Source: Takakia lepidozioides
Taxonomy: Eukaryota; Plantae; Bryophyta
Direction of reading: 5' to 3'
Assembly (NCBI GenBank): GCA_030704615.1
Contig: CM060732.1
Coordinates: 4,526,001-4,590,000 of the forward strand
Length of the DNA stretch: 64,000 bases
This document shows positions 12,736-24,697 of this stretch, in pieces. How positions within the stretch are numbered: position 1 is the stretch's first letter; every line of letters starts with the position of its first letter. The position numbers and the translations under genes were made by a program. Below the pieces are notes generated by a model. That model was not told where the DNA came from. It did no database searches and saw only the letters and a list, made by a program, of their open reading frames with translations.

Positions 12736-15700
12736 GCCAAAATTTGGACCAATAAAGAATGCCCCCAAGAAAAAAATGTTCTCTTCGCTCACTATTGCCC
12801 AACTCTCTACGAAGAGTGCATGAAGTAGAACTTAAATCAAGTTTGGAGTGCAAAACAGGGAAAAAACTGTGGTTTTGGGTCCAAATGAATTTCGATCGCT
12901 CCCAAATTTGGCACGCACGTTGCATATGGCTACATTACACGCCCCATTCAAAAACGGAATGGAAAAAAAAATCGTGAGCACGCGAAACACAATCCAACAG
13001 GTCCCAAAGCAATAGCAGCTCCAACAGAATACATTCAACGGGTGAACGGATGGTTGCCCATCCAAATCATTTTTGTTAGCTTCCAAACTTTGCCAGCACG
13101 TTCCAGACACCCTCTCGCAGGTCCCGGACTAATATCAGATCAATCGAAATTCATTCGATGGCTCAACGGATGGTTGGCCATCGAAATGATTTTGGTTCGC
13201 TTTGAGACTTGGCCACTATGTTCAATGTGCCATGTAAGAGGCCCCAGAGTAATATGAGATCAATCGAAATTCGTTCAATGGGCCAACGGATGGTTGCCCA
13301 TCCAAATGATTTTCGATCGCTTCGAAACTTGGCCAGTGCGTTCAATGTACCCTCTGATACGTCCCAGTGTAATACGAGATCAATCGAAAATCGTTCGATT
13401 GTCCAATGAGGCGTTCACTTGTCATCTGGTTTTTGTTCAATGCGAAAAAGAAATCCTGCAATGCGTGCACGACTATTGCACCCATTGAACGGATGTGGTT
13501 GAAGCCCCTCTTTTGCCCGCATGTGCATGAACATGTGCGGAGACACAACAGACGAATAAATCATTTGCCTCCCCATCGATGCGCTCCCCCCTCAAGCCAT
13601 TCCACAATTCAGTTGAATTTAAATTTATTTTTAAACCAATAAATAGGTTTGCACTGCCTTTCAGTGGGGGTTTCTGGCACGTATCGATTTTGTTCTGCGG
13701 CTTCCAGCTTCCCACGGCTACTCCCCCGCCAAAATTTGGACCAATAAAGAATGCCCCCAAGAAAAAAATGTTCTCTTCGCTCACTATTGCCCAACTCTCT
13801 ACGAAGAGTGCATGAAGTAGAACTTAAATCAAGTTTGGAGTGCAAAACAGGGAAAAAACTGTGGTTTTGGGTCCAAATGAATTTCGATCGCTCCCAAATT
13901 TGGCACGCACGTTGCATATGGCTACATTACACGCCCCATTCAAAAACGGAATGGAAAAAAAAAACGTGAGCATGCGAAACACAATCCAACAGGTCCCAAA
14001 GCAATAGCAGCTCCAACAGAATACATTCAACGGGTGAACGGATGGTTGCCCATCCAAATCATTTTTGTTAGCTTCCAAACTTTGCCAGCACGTTCCAGAC
14101 ACCCTCTCGCAGATCCCGGACTAATATCAGATCAATCGAAATTCATTCGATGGCTCAACGGATGGTTGGCCATCGAAATGATTTTGGTTCGCTTTGAGAC
14201 TTGGCCACTATGTTCAATGTGCCATGTAAGAGGCCCCAGAGTAATATGAGATCAATCGAAATTCGTTCAATGGGCCAACGGATGGTTGCCCATCCAAATG
14301 ATTTTCGATCGCTTGTCATCTGGTTTTTGTTCAATGCGAAAAAGAAATCCTGCAATGCGTGCACGACTATTGCACCCATTGAACGGATGTGGTTGAAGCC
14401 CCTCTTTTGCCCGCATGTGCATGAACATGTGCGGAGACACAACAGACGAATAAATCATTTGCCTCCCCATCGACGCGCTCCCCTCTCAAGCCATTCCACA
14501 ATTCAGTTGAATTTAAATTTATTTTTAAGCCAATAAATAGGTTTGCACTGCCTTTCAATGGGGGTTTCTGGCACGTATCGATTTTGTTCTACGGCTTCCA
14601 GCTTCCCACGGCTACTCCACCGCCAAAATTTGGACCAATAAAGAATGCCCCCAAGAAAAAAATGTTCTCTTTGCTCACTATTGCCCAACTCTCTACGAAG
14701 AGTGCACGGATGGTTGGCCATCGAAATGATTTTGGTTCGCTTTGAGACTTGGCCACTATGTTCAATGTGCCATGTAAGAGGCCCCAGAGTAATATGAGAT
14801 CAATCGAAATTCGTTCAATGGGCCAACGGATGGTTGCCCATCCAAATGATTTTCGATCGCTTTGAAACTTGGCCAGTGCGTTCAATGTACCCTCTGATAC
14901 GTCCCTGTGTAATACGAGATCAATCGAAAATCGTTCGATTGTCCAATGAGGCGTTCACTTGTCATCTGGTTTTTGTTCAATGCGAAAAAGAAATCCTGCA
15001 ATGCGTGCACGACTATTGCACCCATTGAACGGATTTGGTTGAAGCCCCTCTTTTGCCCGCATGTGCATGAACATGTGCGGAGACACAACAGACGAATAAA
15101 TCATTTGCCTCCCCATCGACGCGCTCCCCCCTCAAGCCATTCCACAATTCAGTTGAATTTAAATTTATTTTTAAGCCAATAAATAGGTTTGCACTGCCTT
15201 TCAGTGGGGGTTTCTGGCACGTATCGATTTTGTTCTGCGGCTTCCAGCTTCCCACGGCTACTCCACCGCCAAAATTTGGACCAATAAAGAATGCCCCCAA
15301 GAAAAAAATGTTCTCTTCGCTCACTATTGCCCAACTGTCTATCAAGAGTGCACGGATGGTTGGCCATCGAAATGATTTTGGTTCGCTTTGAGATTTGGCC
15401 ACTATGTTCAATGTGCCATGTAAGAGGCCCGAGAGTAATATGAGATCAATCGAAATTCATTCAATGGGCCAACGGATGGTTGCCCATCCAAATGATTTTC
15501 GATCGCTTCGAAACTTGGCCAGTGCGTTCAATGTACCCTCTGATACGTCCCTGTGTAATACGAGATCAATCAAAAATCGTTCGATTGTCCAATGAGGCGT
15601 TCACTTGTCATCTGGTTTTTGTTCAATGCGAAAAAGAAATCTTGCAATGCGTGCACGACAATTGCACCCATTGAACGGATGTGGTTGAAGCCCCTCTTTT

Positions 15701-16529
15701 GCCCGCATGTGCATGAACATGTGCGGAGACACAACAGACGAATAAATCATTTGCCTCCCCATCGACGCGCTCCCCCCTCAAGCCATTCCACAATTCAGTT
15801 GAATTTAAATTTATTTTTAAGCCAATAAATAGGTTTGCACTGCCTTTCAGTGGGGGTTTCTGGCACGTATCGATTTTGTTCTGCGGCTTCCAGCTTCCCA
15901 CGGCTACTCCCCCGCCAAAATTTGGACCAATAAAGAATGCCCCCAAGAAAAAAATGTTCTCTTCGCTCACTATTGCCCAACTCTCTACGAAGAGTGCATG
16001 AAGTAGAACTTAAATCAAGTTTGGAGGCAAAACAGGGAAAAAACTGTGGTTTTGGGTCCAAATGAATTTCGATCGCTCCCAAATTTGGCACGCACGTTGC
16101 ATATGGCTACATTACACGCCCCATTAAAAAACAGAATGGAAAAAAAAAATCGTGAGCACGCGAAACACAATCCAACAGGTCCCAAAGCAATAGCAGCTCC
16201 AACAGAATACATTCAACGGGTGAACGGATGGTTGCCCATCCAAATCATTTTTGTTAGCTTCCAAACTTTGCCAGCACGTTCCAGACACCCTCTCGCAGGT
16301 CCCAGACTAATAGATCAATCGAAACTCATTCGATGGCTCAACGGATGGTTGGCCATCGAAATGATTTTGGTTCGCTTTGAGACTTGGCCACTATGTTCAA
16401 TGTGCCATGTAAGAGGCCCCAGAGTAATATGAGATCAATCGAAATTTGTTCAATGGGCCAACGGATGGTTGCCCATCCAAATGATTTTCGATCGCTTCGA
16501 AACTTGGCCAGCGCGTTCAATGTACCCTC
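12736..16529. repeat. Tandem array of a ~992-bp unit (copies of 992, 894, 646, 646 bp and a partial fifth) with internal 120-bp subrepeats
   Basis: GCCAAAATTTGGACCAATAAAG recurs at 12736, 13728, 14622, 15268 and 15914. AACGGATGGTTG recurs at 13045, 13165 and 13285. Confidence 0.95.
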
Positions 16530-18540
16530 AAGCTGGTGGACCTGATGGTGTTGTCAACGAGCTTATCAAGCACGGTGGAGATCCCATGATAAAGGCCCTA
16601 GTTCTCATCTTTAACCTTATTTGGAAGACTGAAATGATCCCCTTTCGTTGGCGACAGGGGGTCATTGTCAATCTATACAAGAAGGGTGACAGAGAAGAAC
16701 CGGGGAACTACCGTGGCATCACGCTCCTCAATGCTGTTGGCAAGACATTCTGCAGAGTTATAAGTACTCTTCTCGAGGTTGATCTAGAGTCTAGAGGTTG
16801 TTTCCATGAAGGCCAAGCTGGCTTTCAGCGAAACAGGGGCTGTGTGGATCATATCTTCACTCTAAGCCAGATTATCCAGAGAAGGAATAAAAAAGGGAAG
16901 CCCACTTATGCTTTTTCCCTGGATGTCAAAAAGGCTTATGACACAGTGTGGAGAGATGGCCTATGGTTCCGCCTATGGTCTTGTGGGATCAAGGGAAAGA
17001 TGTGGAGAGTTGTCCACAACTTGTATGCTTACACCAAAAGCTGTGTCACTGTTAACGGACAGAAGTCCAACTTCTTTGACATAGACCAAGGTGTAGCTCA
17101 AGGATGCACTCTCTCCCCTCTGCTCTTCAATGTTTTCATCAATCAACTCCTGAGGATGTGGAAAGTGAGGGATTTGGGTTAAGGGTGGATGATACCACCA
17201 TACCAGCCCTTATGTTTACGGATGACTTCGCAGGCATAGGGGAGACTCCAACCAATCTCCAGGAGTTGATTGATTGTGCGAAGAGATACCTTGATCTTTG
17301 GGGGCTAGAGGCTAATGTCAGCAAATGTGCAGTGGTAGCATTCAACGACAGAGGAGAGGGAGGAAGTGATCTTAAGTGGCAGTGGGGTAGCCAAGAGATC
17401 CTGGTCCTCCCTTCCTACACTTACCTGGGCGTTGAGTTTTCCTCCAATTGTAATTGGGATGCACATATCCGGAAAGTTGTTCAAACTAGCAAGGGCAAAG
17501 CTCTGGGGCTCACTAATTTTTTCCACTGCAGAGGGGTCAACTCTGAGGTTAAGAAAACCATGCTTTGTCGCATTATTAGACATGCCTTGGAGTACGGATC
17601 TGCAATATGGGTTGATAACTCCAACCAGGCTAAGTCTCTAGAATCCATTCAAGTGGGGGTACTTAAGGAGTGTATGTCAACATGCTCCAGAACAGCCAAT
17701 GTGGCCGTTGGCATTCCGTCCTTAAGCTCCCGATGAGATGAATTCAAGGTCAGATGGTGGGGTCAGCTGCAGCATATGTCCAACACCAGATATCCTAAGT
17801 TAATCGACTCTATATCTTGGAAACAGGACCGCCCTGTCAAACAGGCTAAGTCCTGGCAGAAGAGAGTAGAAGAGATTCTCAAGGACCTGGACCTGGAACC
17901 GCAAGTCTTGACCCTGCTAGATAAATCTGACTCAGAGGCTGTAGTGTCCAAAGCCATGTCTGTTGCCATGAGATTGTCTGATGAAAATGAGGTTAGGCAG
18001 AAAACTTCCTTGAACTTGTTTCCAGTCAGTGACATGGGGGAGGACATCTTGGATGACCTCAAGGGTCTACCCACTCTCGGCACTAGACTGAAATTTAAAC
18101 TCAGGGCAGGAAGCCTACCTTTGAATAGCAAACAGAAGCAGAGAGGAAAGAGAGAGTGCAATTGCCCGTTGTGTGGGCAACCTGAAGATAATATTCATTT
18201 TCTGATACATTGTCGGGGTTCTCTCACCAAAGAGACGCTCTCTTCAAATCTATCAAGGGAATTGTGCCTGTACCTCTGTTTACCAACTTTGAAAGTCTCG
18301 AGGCTGAGCCAAACGCCCAGGCCCTCCTGAGGCCTAGTTTTTGGGCAAATCACACACAGCAGATTGATGCTTGTATGAAGGGATTTCTAGAGGATATCTG
18401 GAAAACCCGATTAATTCTATATATGAAGGTAAGTCTTACTACCAATGTCAGCCCCTGACAGAGGTAGGTTCTGTCCCTTTTGTTTCCGCTCAAACTAGGC
18501 GCGGGGTCAATGGCCACAAGGCTACGGCAAATAACTTCTT
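16530..18540 (+). mobile_element. 5'-truncated non-L1 LINE (RTE/RTEX/L2-like): reverse transcriptase plus C-terminal zinc finger, frameshifted
   Basis: AGGPDG, NYRGITLLN, QAGF, LDVKKAYD, GVAQGCTLSPLLF, FTDD, YTYLG, CPLC..EDNIHFLIHC; frameshift near 17150, stop at 17734. Confidence 0.9.
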
Positions 18541-19530
18541 ATGAGTAAATTTTTCTAAGGGCATTGGGGAGGTTTAGGGTGGGCTCCCATAGTCTGCAGG
18601 TAGAGATTGGTAGGTGGGACAACCAATGTCGCGGCCCTTTGCCTTGAGGGCAGGGGGTCGGGTCGTAGAGGGGCTGCCCCTGTGGTGGGGGCGGTGGCAA
18701 CAATAGGTACGGGGGGCTGAAGCAACCTCGAGTGCCCAAAGCACTAGAGGAGGCGGAGGCACTCACTAGGTGGAATCCCGCACACCGGGTTGCGTTGGGG
18801 GTGGCTCCACAAGGGGTGGTGGTAGCTTAGTGGGACTTAGTGGGGGTGGCATAGGACTCACCATGGGGGCGGAGACCTTGTGGTGGGAGTCGTGGGGAGT
18901 CTTGGGACTCATCACGGTCCAAGGGGACTGTGGTGGGTGGGCCAAGACTCGCCAAGACTCACCGCGACTCATCACCGGGAATCGAGGGTTTTCGTGGTGG
19001 TTCGCCATAAAATGGTGGTGTTGTTGTTTGTGAAACCCCCGCGGACAGTCACAGAAGTATATATAGGGGGAGTAGTAACCCCGAGAACGGTGCAAGCCTG
19101 TTGGTGTCCAAAAACTAGTGAGTAAGCGTGCGAGCCGGAAAGCGACCAAGGTGTGGGGAGCTATTCCGGACTGCCATCGACCAAAGGGAATTTCCACTAG
19201 GCTCAAACTGGGAGAGGGTCTAGTGGAGGAGTAAAGGGGGACCGTTGTGCCCCGGTGAGCAGCCGAAGCTCCGAGTTGGCCCGGTGGCCAGTTTGGGAAT
19301 TAGGCGCGCGCATCAAGCGAGTAACTATGACTTGAAGGGGAGTTTACTGAAGTGAGGTGCGCGACAACCAACTTGAGGACCGCCTATGCCCTGATTTTGC
19401 TGGGAACAAGGGAAATTAAAAGTGAAGAACATTTTTTCTTTCACTGCCCTTTCTACTATGAGATCCAGGGAGATTCAATTGCCTATTCCATGATACCCAA
19501 ACACTCATGGAGGTTTGCCATTACAAGGAC
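18541..19530 (+). mobile_element. LINE C-terminal fragment split by a solo LTR
   Basis: Reads RFRVGSHSLQVEIGRW before the LTR and EDRLCP...SEEHFFFHCPFYYEI after it. Confidence 0.7.
18627..19366 (+). mobile_element. Solo LTR of chromovirus family
   Basis: TG...CA ends flanked by TSD ACCAA (18622-18626, 19367-19371); no PBS or PPT adjacent. Confidence 0.95.
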
Positions 19531-21194
19531 ATTTTCCCTATCAGATCAGGATTAACTGTGCCTGCATTTATCCAGCACAACTACCCACTCCCATCTCAGC
19601 CACATGATCTTCTCTTGCAATGCAGCATAGAAGATTTGGTGAGTTCATTGATCACCGACTATATTAGCTCTTACTGATTATGGCCAAATTCCGAAACTCT
19701 GCAAAAATTTGTGCATTTGGTCTTCATAGTCTGAAAGCAGTAGGATTCTCATCCCGAGGATCAGCATAGGTTGGCACGACACCTTTAGGAACTTTAGGCA
19801 GGAATTCTCTGACTCAATACGCACACCCTGTTGCCACACTGAATGTTCGGGTGCAGGTACCCTAGCTACGTGGTCACAATCCCAGGATTCAGGTTCAATC
19901 CATTCAGCTGTTTTAACAGTTCGCATTAGGATCAGTCTGAGTTTCGAGAAAACTAATTTTTTAGATCATGGCTGCATTGACATCATGCTATTTAAAAGTT
20001 GATCATGAACCTCCTCTTTTTCTTTTTCTTTTGAAGGCAGAACCGGTGACCTTTATATTCCACAGCAAAGACAGTGTGATCCGCCTGTGATCCGTAGGCA
20101 CATGAGTGCAACTCAAAACCTTTCTTGATCAGGAGCACAAATTGCATAAGCAACCTAATCTGAACAAGATGAGCTTGCAGTGTACCCGATAGCCAAGAAC
20201 TTCTTATCTCAAAGCAAGTCCAAATTCTGTTGCAGCAGGTCCAGTCAATGTATCAAGCACAAGCAACTCTGGCGCTGAGAAGTTTGGTAGCGACTCCAAA
20301 ATTCTTACAGGAAATCAAGTGACATTTTAGGCAAGGGGCCTTTTGGGACAGGAAAAGATGTATCAGGTGTTTCATTTCCAAGACAGGGTGTTGATATTGG
20401 CCCCTTCATGAGGAGGGGAAGGGGTTTTATTGGGGGACGAGACTGCGTTTGTGGTCCCTAAATGTCAGGTGGTTGGAGGGGGTTTATGAGTTTGGATCAG
20501 GGTTTAAATGTACTGAAAGACAGTGTTGATATCAAGGATGAGAGCTTCATGGCAAATTGTAAGGCTATGGAGGAGCTTCTGGTTGACCTTAGGCAGCAAG
20601 TTGGGAAATTACCTCCTCTGTTGTGAGAGAGAGGACAGAGCACATGCATCCATCTTCAAAGCCTTGCAAGTGGCTTTGGCTAATGTGATGTTCATATGCT
20701 CGCAAATCTGGCCTAGGGAAATGGTAACGCAAAAGCAAAGTCTGACCATCGAAACTGCCTCTGTTTCCCATTCCGTGCAAGGGTGAGTCCACCACACACT
20801 TACATTAACCCATTTTCGGTTCCCTTGTACAATTTTTCCCTGTACAAAACTGTGCTCCTATATCCACACTTGTAACACTAGAACTGCTATCATCCCTTGG
20901 AGTTCTAGTACTGAATGTACCAACCTAATTGCTCTACATCAATGAGGCTTGGCTTCCAGTCATGCTGGTTCCCATTCTACTGTCAACAACAAAGCTGCAC
21001 AGCTTGCTGTAGCCCTGGTGATTCGTTCAGAAAGCTTAATGCTTTTGTCCAGGGGAAAAAGGGGAATAATCCATACATGCAAACTTAGGTGAAAAACATA
21101 CACCTGGAAAACTCATTAAGGGCCCCAACAGAGGAGTGTAAGGATTTGGCTGGACATGAAGGGAAGGTGATAGGAGGAAAACGCACAGAAGAGT

Positions 21195-24100
21195 TTATTC
21201 ACGGTCGATAACCTCTGCCTCCACATCCACAATAACTCCCGGTGGGTCTGCAGCATATGCAAGCTATGAAACCCCCATTAACAATGGCATTGACAGAAAC
21301 AAATTTCCTTCCCATTTCTCCCAGACAAACACCAAGCAGGAAATTTTGATAGCTTCAAATTACAAGGGCACTGCAAAATGTGCATCTCATAGCATGTACT
21401 CTTTCAAGAGAGAATGGACAAAGAAAATGGAGATCAAAACGAGGGGAACCACCTGGAGGGGATTGCGGAGTACTGGAGGTGCGCTGCCCAAAACCCCCAA
21501 AGGAGCTACGGAAGCCCCCAGACTGGCGTGTGGAAAATCTAGGACCTTCCCGCACGAACTGCTTATTCTCCACTGCCAGAGCATAGCCACCGTACAACCC
21601 CGACCCATTAGCTATCTCCATCTGCCTGTGGACCGTGGTTCATGCAATATTAACAGCATGCTTTTCAGTATAATATCAATGGAACCTGTACAGTGTTGTC
21701 CGCTATTCTGGATTGCTATGGCAACTTCAGGCTGTGATCATCATACTTGGGGAAAACCCCAGGCTTCACTCTAGGAGGGTTAGGATCCTGTGAGGTGGGT
21801 GGACCATACACTGCGAAGTATCAGCTACTAAGATCTTATGGAACATTATCTGCCTGATATTGTATTGTGTACCTGCACTAGCCAGTCAATGTCAAAGCAT
21901 GACAGCTAATATTCTGCCCGGTCCATGGTCAGAAGTGTGGCATCTGTAGAAAGGCAGAGCAATTACATACGGTCTGGGCCAAAGGAAGGGAGACAAGGGC
22001 CCAGACTGAGCTTGATACACTGAAAAGTTGTGACAGCTATAAGGTCATGCACACTTGCACAAATTAGTGCAACGGTTGACAATCCCACCAACCAGTTGTT
22101 CTGCCCTGTCTTCCTGTCTTCCTCTATATCACTTTCATAGCTACAGAGCAACAAGCACTAGAATCTCCAAATGTGTCACATCTGTGTGAAGGAGGTGATT
22201 TAGCAGTGTTGGCACCAATATTACACTTTCACCTCAATGCCAGAGCACAAATCGAAACTAAAATCTCCTGTAACCACGTCAACATCCGCTGTGAATGTAG
22301 GGTTGACACCCCATGACCAGTCTGAAGGGTTAGTATCCTGCAAACTTCTAGTATCTTTCATAGCCAATGTCACAGGGAAATGATAACTCAGGTGTCTGCT
22401 TCCTTCCTTCCCTCCCTCCCTCCACAGCTCCATCCTCGGCTTCCCTCTGTTACATCTTCCATCTCACTCGCATAAATTGTCTTTCACCTTGCTGCCCCTC
22501 ATTCTAACAAACCATGTCTTTGAAGACAATGAAGTATGAAACCTTCATAAATACAGTGGGGGTGATTGGCGGATGTACGTTTGAAAGGTTGGCTGCAGTA
22601 GGGGCAGAACTGTTGCTCATCCTTTATCGTAAATCTAGACCAAGCACCCCACAAAATGAATACGTCAATCACAGATAACAGTCGATGAGTACCTCTTCCT
22701 CTCTTAAAGAAAAAAGCCCATTGTCTTTGTCCATTTGAGCACCCCATTCATGTTTTAAGGTGGCACCTACCAAACAAAGAGGACATCAAGCTCTCACAAC
22801 ACAAGAGTTTCATGTCTGTTCTCAAATCCAATACCATCCCCATTCTCAACTGCCTTCCCCACTTGTTGACAAAAGGAAAGTCTTTAGGGCCACCAAATAG
22901 CAGTGACTCAGAAAGAGCCGCAGGTTGACTTACTCCAGGACTTGAAAAGCATTCCCACAATTTGGGCACTGCACATAAGAAATATCTCAATGTGAGACCC
23001 TAGTAAACTCTGAACTCACATTTGCGAGGTAACCAAGATTAAAAGATCGCAACATCAAGGTCAGAAGAGGAAAGGAGATGTAAACAAAGGAATCAGGACA
23101 ACACAACAAGGAAGAGAAACAACAACAAAAAGGAAGGAATCCAGAAAGAATGCAGTCTCATCACTTAGAGAATCAATCCAAGAGAACCCTTTCACTTTTC
23201 ATCCTGTATATACTGTGTGGGGTTGGGGATAAGAGAGAACTCACAGAGCCACTGACAATCTCTCGGTCAGCATACCAGAGAAAGGCCACAAAGCCCACGA
23301 TTGGCACCAATATAACTAGCAGCTGCAGCCCCGCAGCCACCCCCCACCAAAAACAAATGGTATGAATGCCTGTCTCACAAACAAAAGTGTACACATCAGT
23401 GAATGCCAGTAGCCAATCTCTGAAGTAGATGTTGATTGCAGTAAACCCCTTTGAGTGAAAGAGCGTGGTTTTTACCTATATCCAACCCTTTTAAACTCTC
23501 TTCCCACCTACCCTGGCAGGTAAAAACTCTGCAATTGAGCTCCAGGGATTGATTAGGGTACGCATTATATCTCTCTCACCCTACACACATACACACCGTA
23601 CCTCTCTCACAGCAAGTGTCCCGTCGAGCAGGTTGCCCTACTCCGGGGCTCAACATTCACTTGAGAAAGAGATATGTACTATCGATGTCCCCAGCAAAGC
23701 GGTGTCTATGAATCCGCCCACGGTTAAGCCACTTGCTGGGTTTTAGCCCACCAGGGTACATGCAAGAGACATTATGATAGCAACTCCAGCACAGGTCTGA
23801 CACAGAGAGCCCTTGTGCGAATCAAAAAAAGCGTGATAGAAAGAAACGGAATGTGATTTATATCGATGTAAGAATTGTTAAAGAGAGTAAAAACTCGCCC
23901 AGAGAGAGATGAATGCATCGAATAGCCAGCCCAGCTTTCCGGTCACCGTCAAGTATGACAAGCCCCCCGCGAGAGCCAAGTTGAAAACCAGACGGCCGAT
24001 GCCATTGTTGTCTCCATTTGGGCCTCTTCCGCTTCCACCAGGGTCCAATCTCACATAAGCCCTTGGCCTCCCGCCTTCTCTCCTCTCCCTCCCTGTTCTC

Positions 24101-24519
24101 CAAACAAATTGCAACCTCTTTGACATTTGAGGGCAGCAGAAAATACTACTCAAATTCGTAGAAAATGCTTGCTTTACGATCCTGGGCGCAGAATGCGAGT
24201 GCGAATCCTTCCAAGTCATTCTGCAATAGGACACGAAAGCTTGCCTTGAGCTAGCAATTCGACAAGAGACGAGTACCGAATCGTGAGTGCCTGAAACAGA
24301 ATCCATGGGCCAACTTCTCCTCGTGCCGGATGAGGCTTGCATTGAGAGAGACAACCCACATGTGGATCTTTGAGAGAAGCCTGCGGACCTTTCTAAAGGT
24401 ATGGAACAATATGGGGCTGACTGCGAACACGGTCTACAAGTGAAGGGGCTCTGATCCCGGCATGGAGCCCCACCAGCGCTGGTGGTGAGGGGGGCGGCAT
24501 TTGAGTGCATTGCCATCAT
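21195..24519 (-). CDS. Intact host gene, 6 exons (24519-23899, 23322-23245, 22968-22934, 22634-22579, 21572-21453, 21247-21195), ~320 aa; probable plastid-targeted membrane protein with two CxxC motifs, resembling Arabidopsis AT2G44870-type proteins (from recall)
   Basis: Exons splice in frame: Ser/Arg-rich transit-like N-terminus, hydrophobic GRLVFNLALAGGLSYLTVTGKLGWLFDAFISLW|LLVILVPIVGFVAFLWYA, CPNCG, CPYCSQPF, C-terminus VIVDVEAEVIDRE*. All acceptors are AG; donors are GT except the first (GC). Confidence 0.88.
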
Positions 24520-24697
24520 AAACTGCCAATTTCTCTCGTCAAAGAAGTCTTCGGTTTTGATTCGACCTCGAGGTCGAATCTATTCGTGAATTTCCCCTTG
24601 ACAAGCACGATCCCTCGAATTCAACAAGTTGTGGTAGGCGTGTCGGGCACCTGGATTTTAGGGACTAAGGGGCTAAACCAGCGATATCAAAAGACAA

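Noticed and set aside
12736-16529. 5S rDNA array (120-bp periodicity) or coding repeats
   Set aside because: No 5S rRNA sequence is recognisable; the many short ORFs are by-products of the repeat.
9063-18540. Endonuclease and RT belonging to a single LINE ORF2
   Set aside because: The endonuclease/ORF1 is L1-like while the RT and C-terminus look like a different clade, and no TSD-restorable junction joins them.
10478-19366. One full-length LTR element bounded by the LTRs at 10478 and 18627
   Set aside because: The second LTR has its own TSD (ACCAA), the left flank CATGG does not match it, and there is no PPT or integrase.
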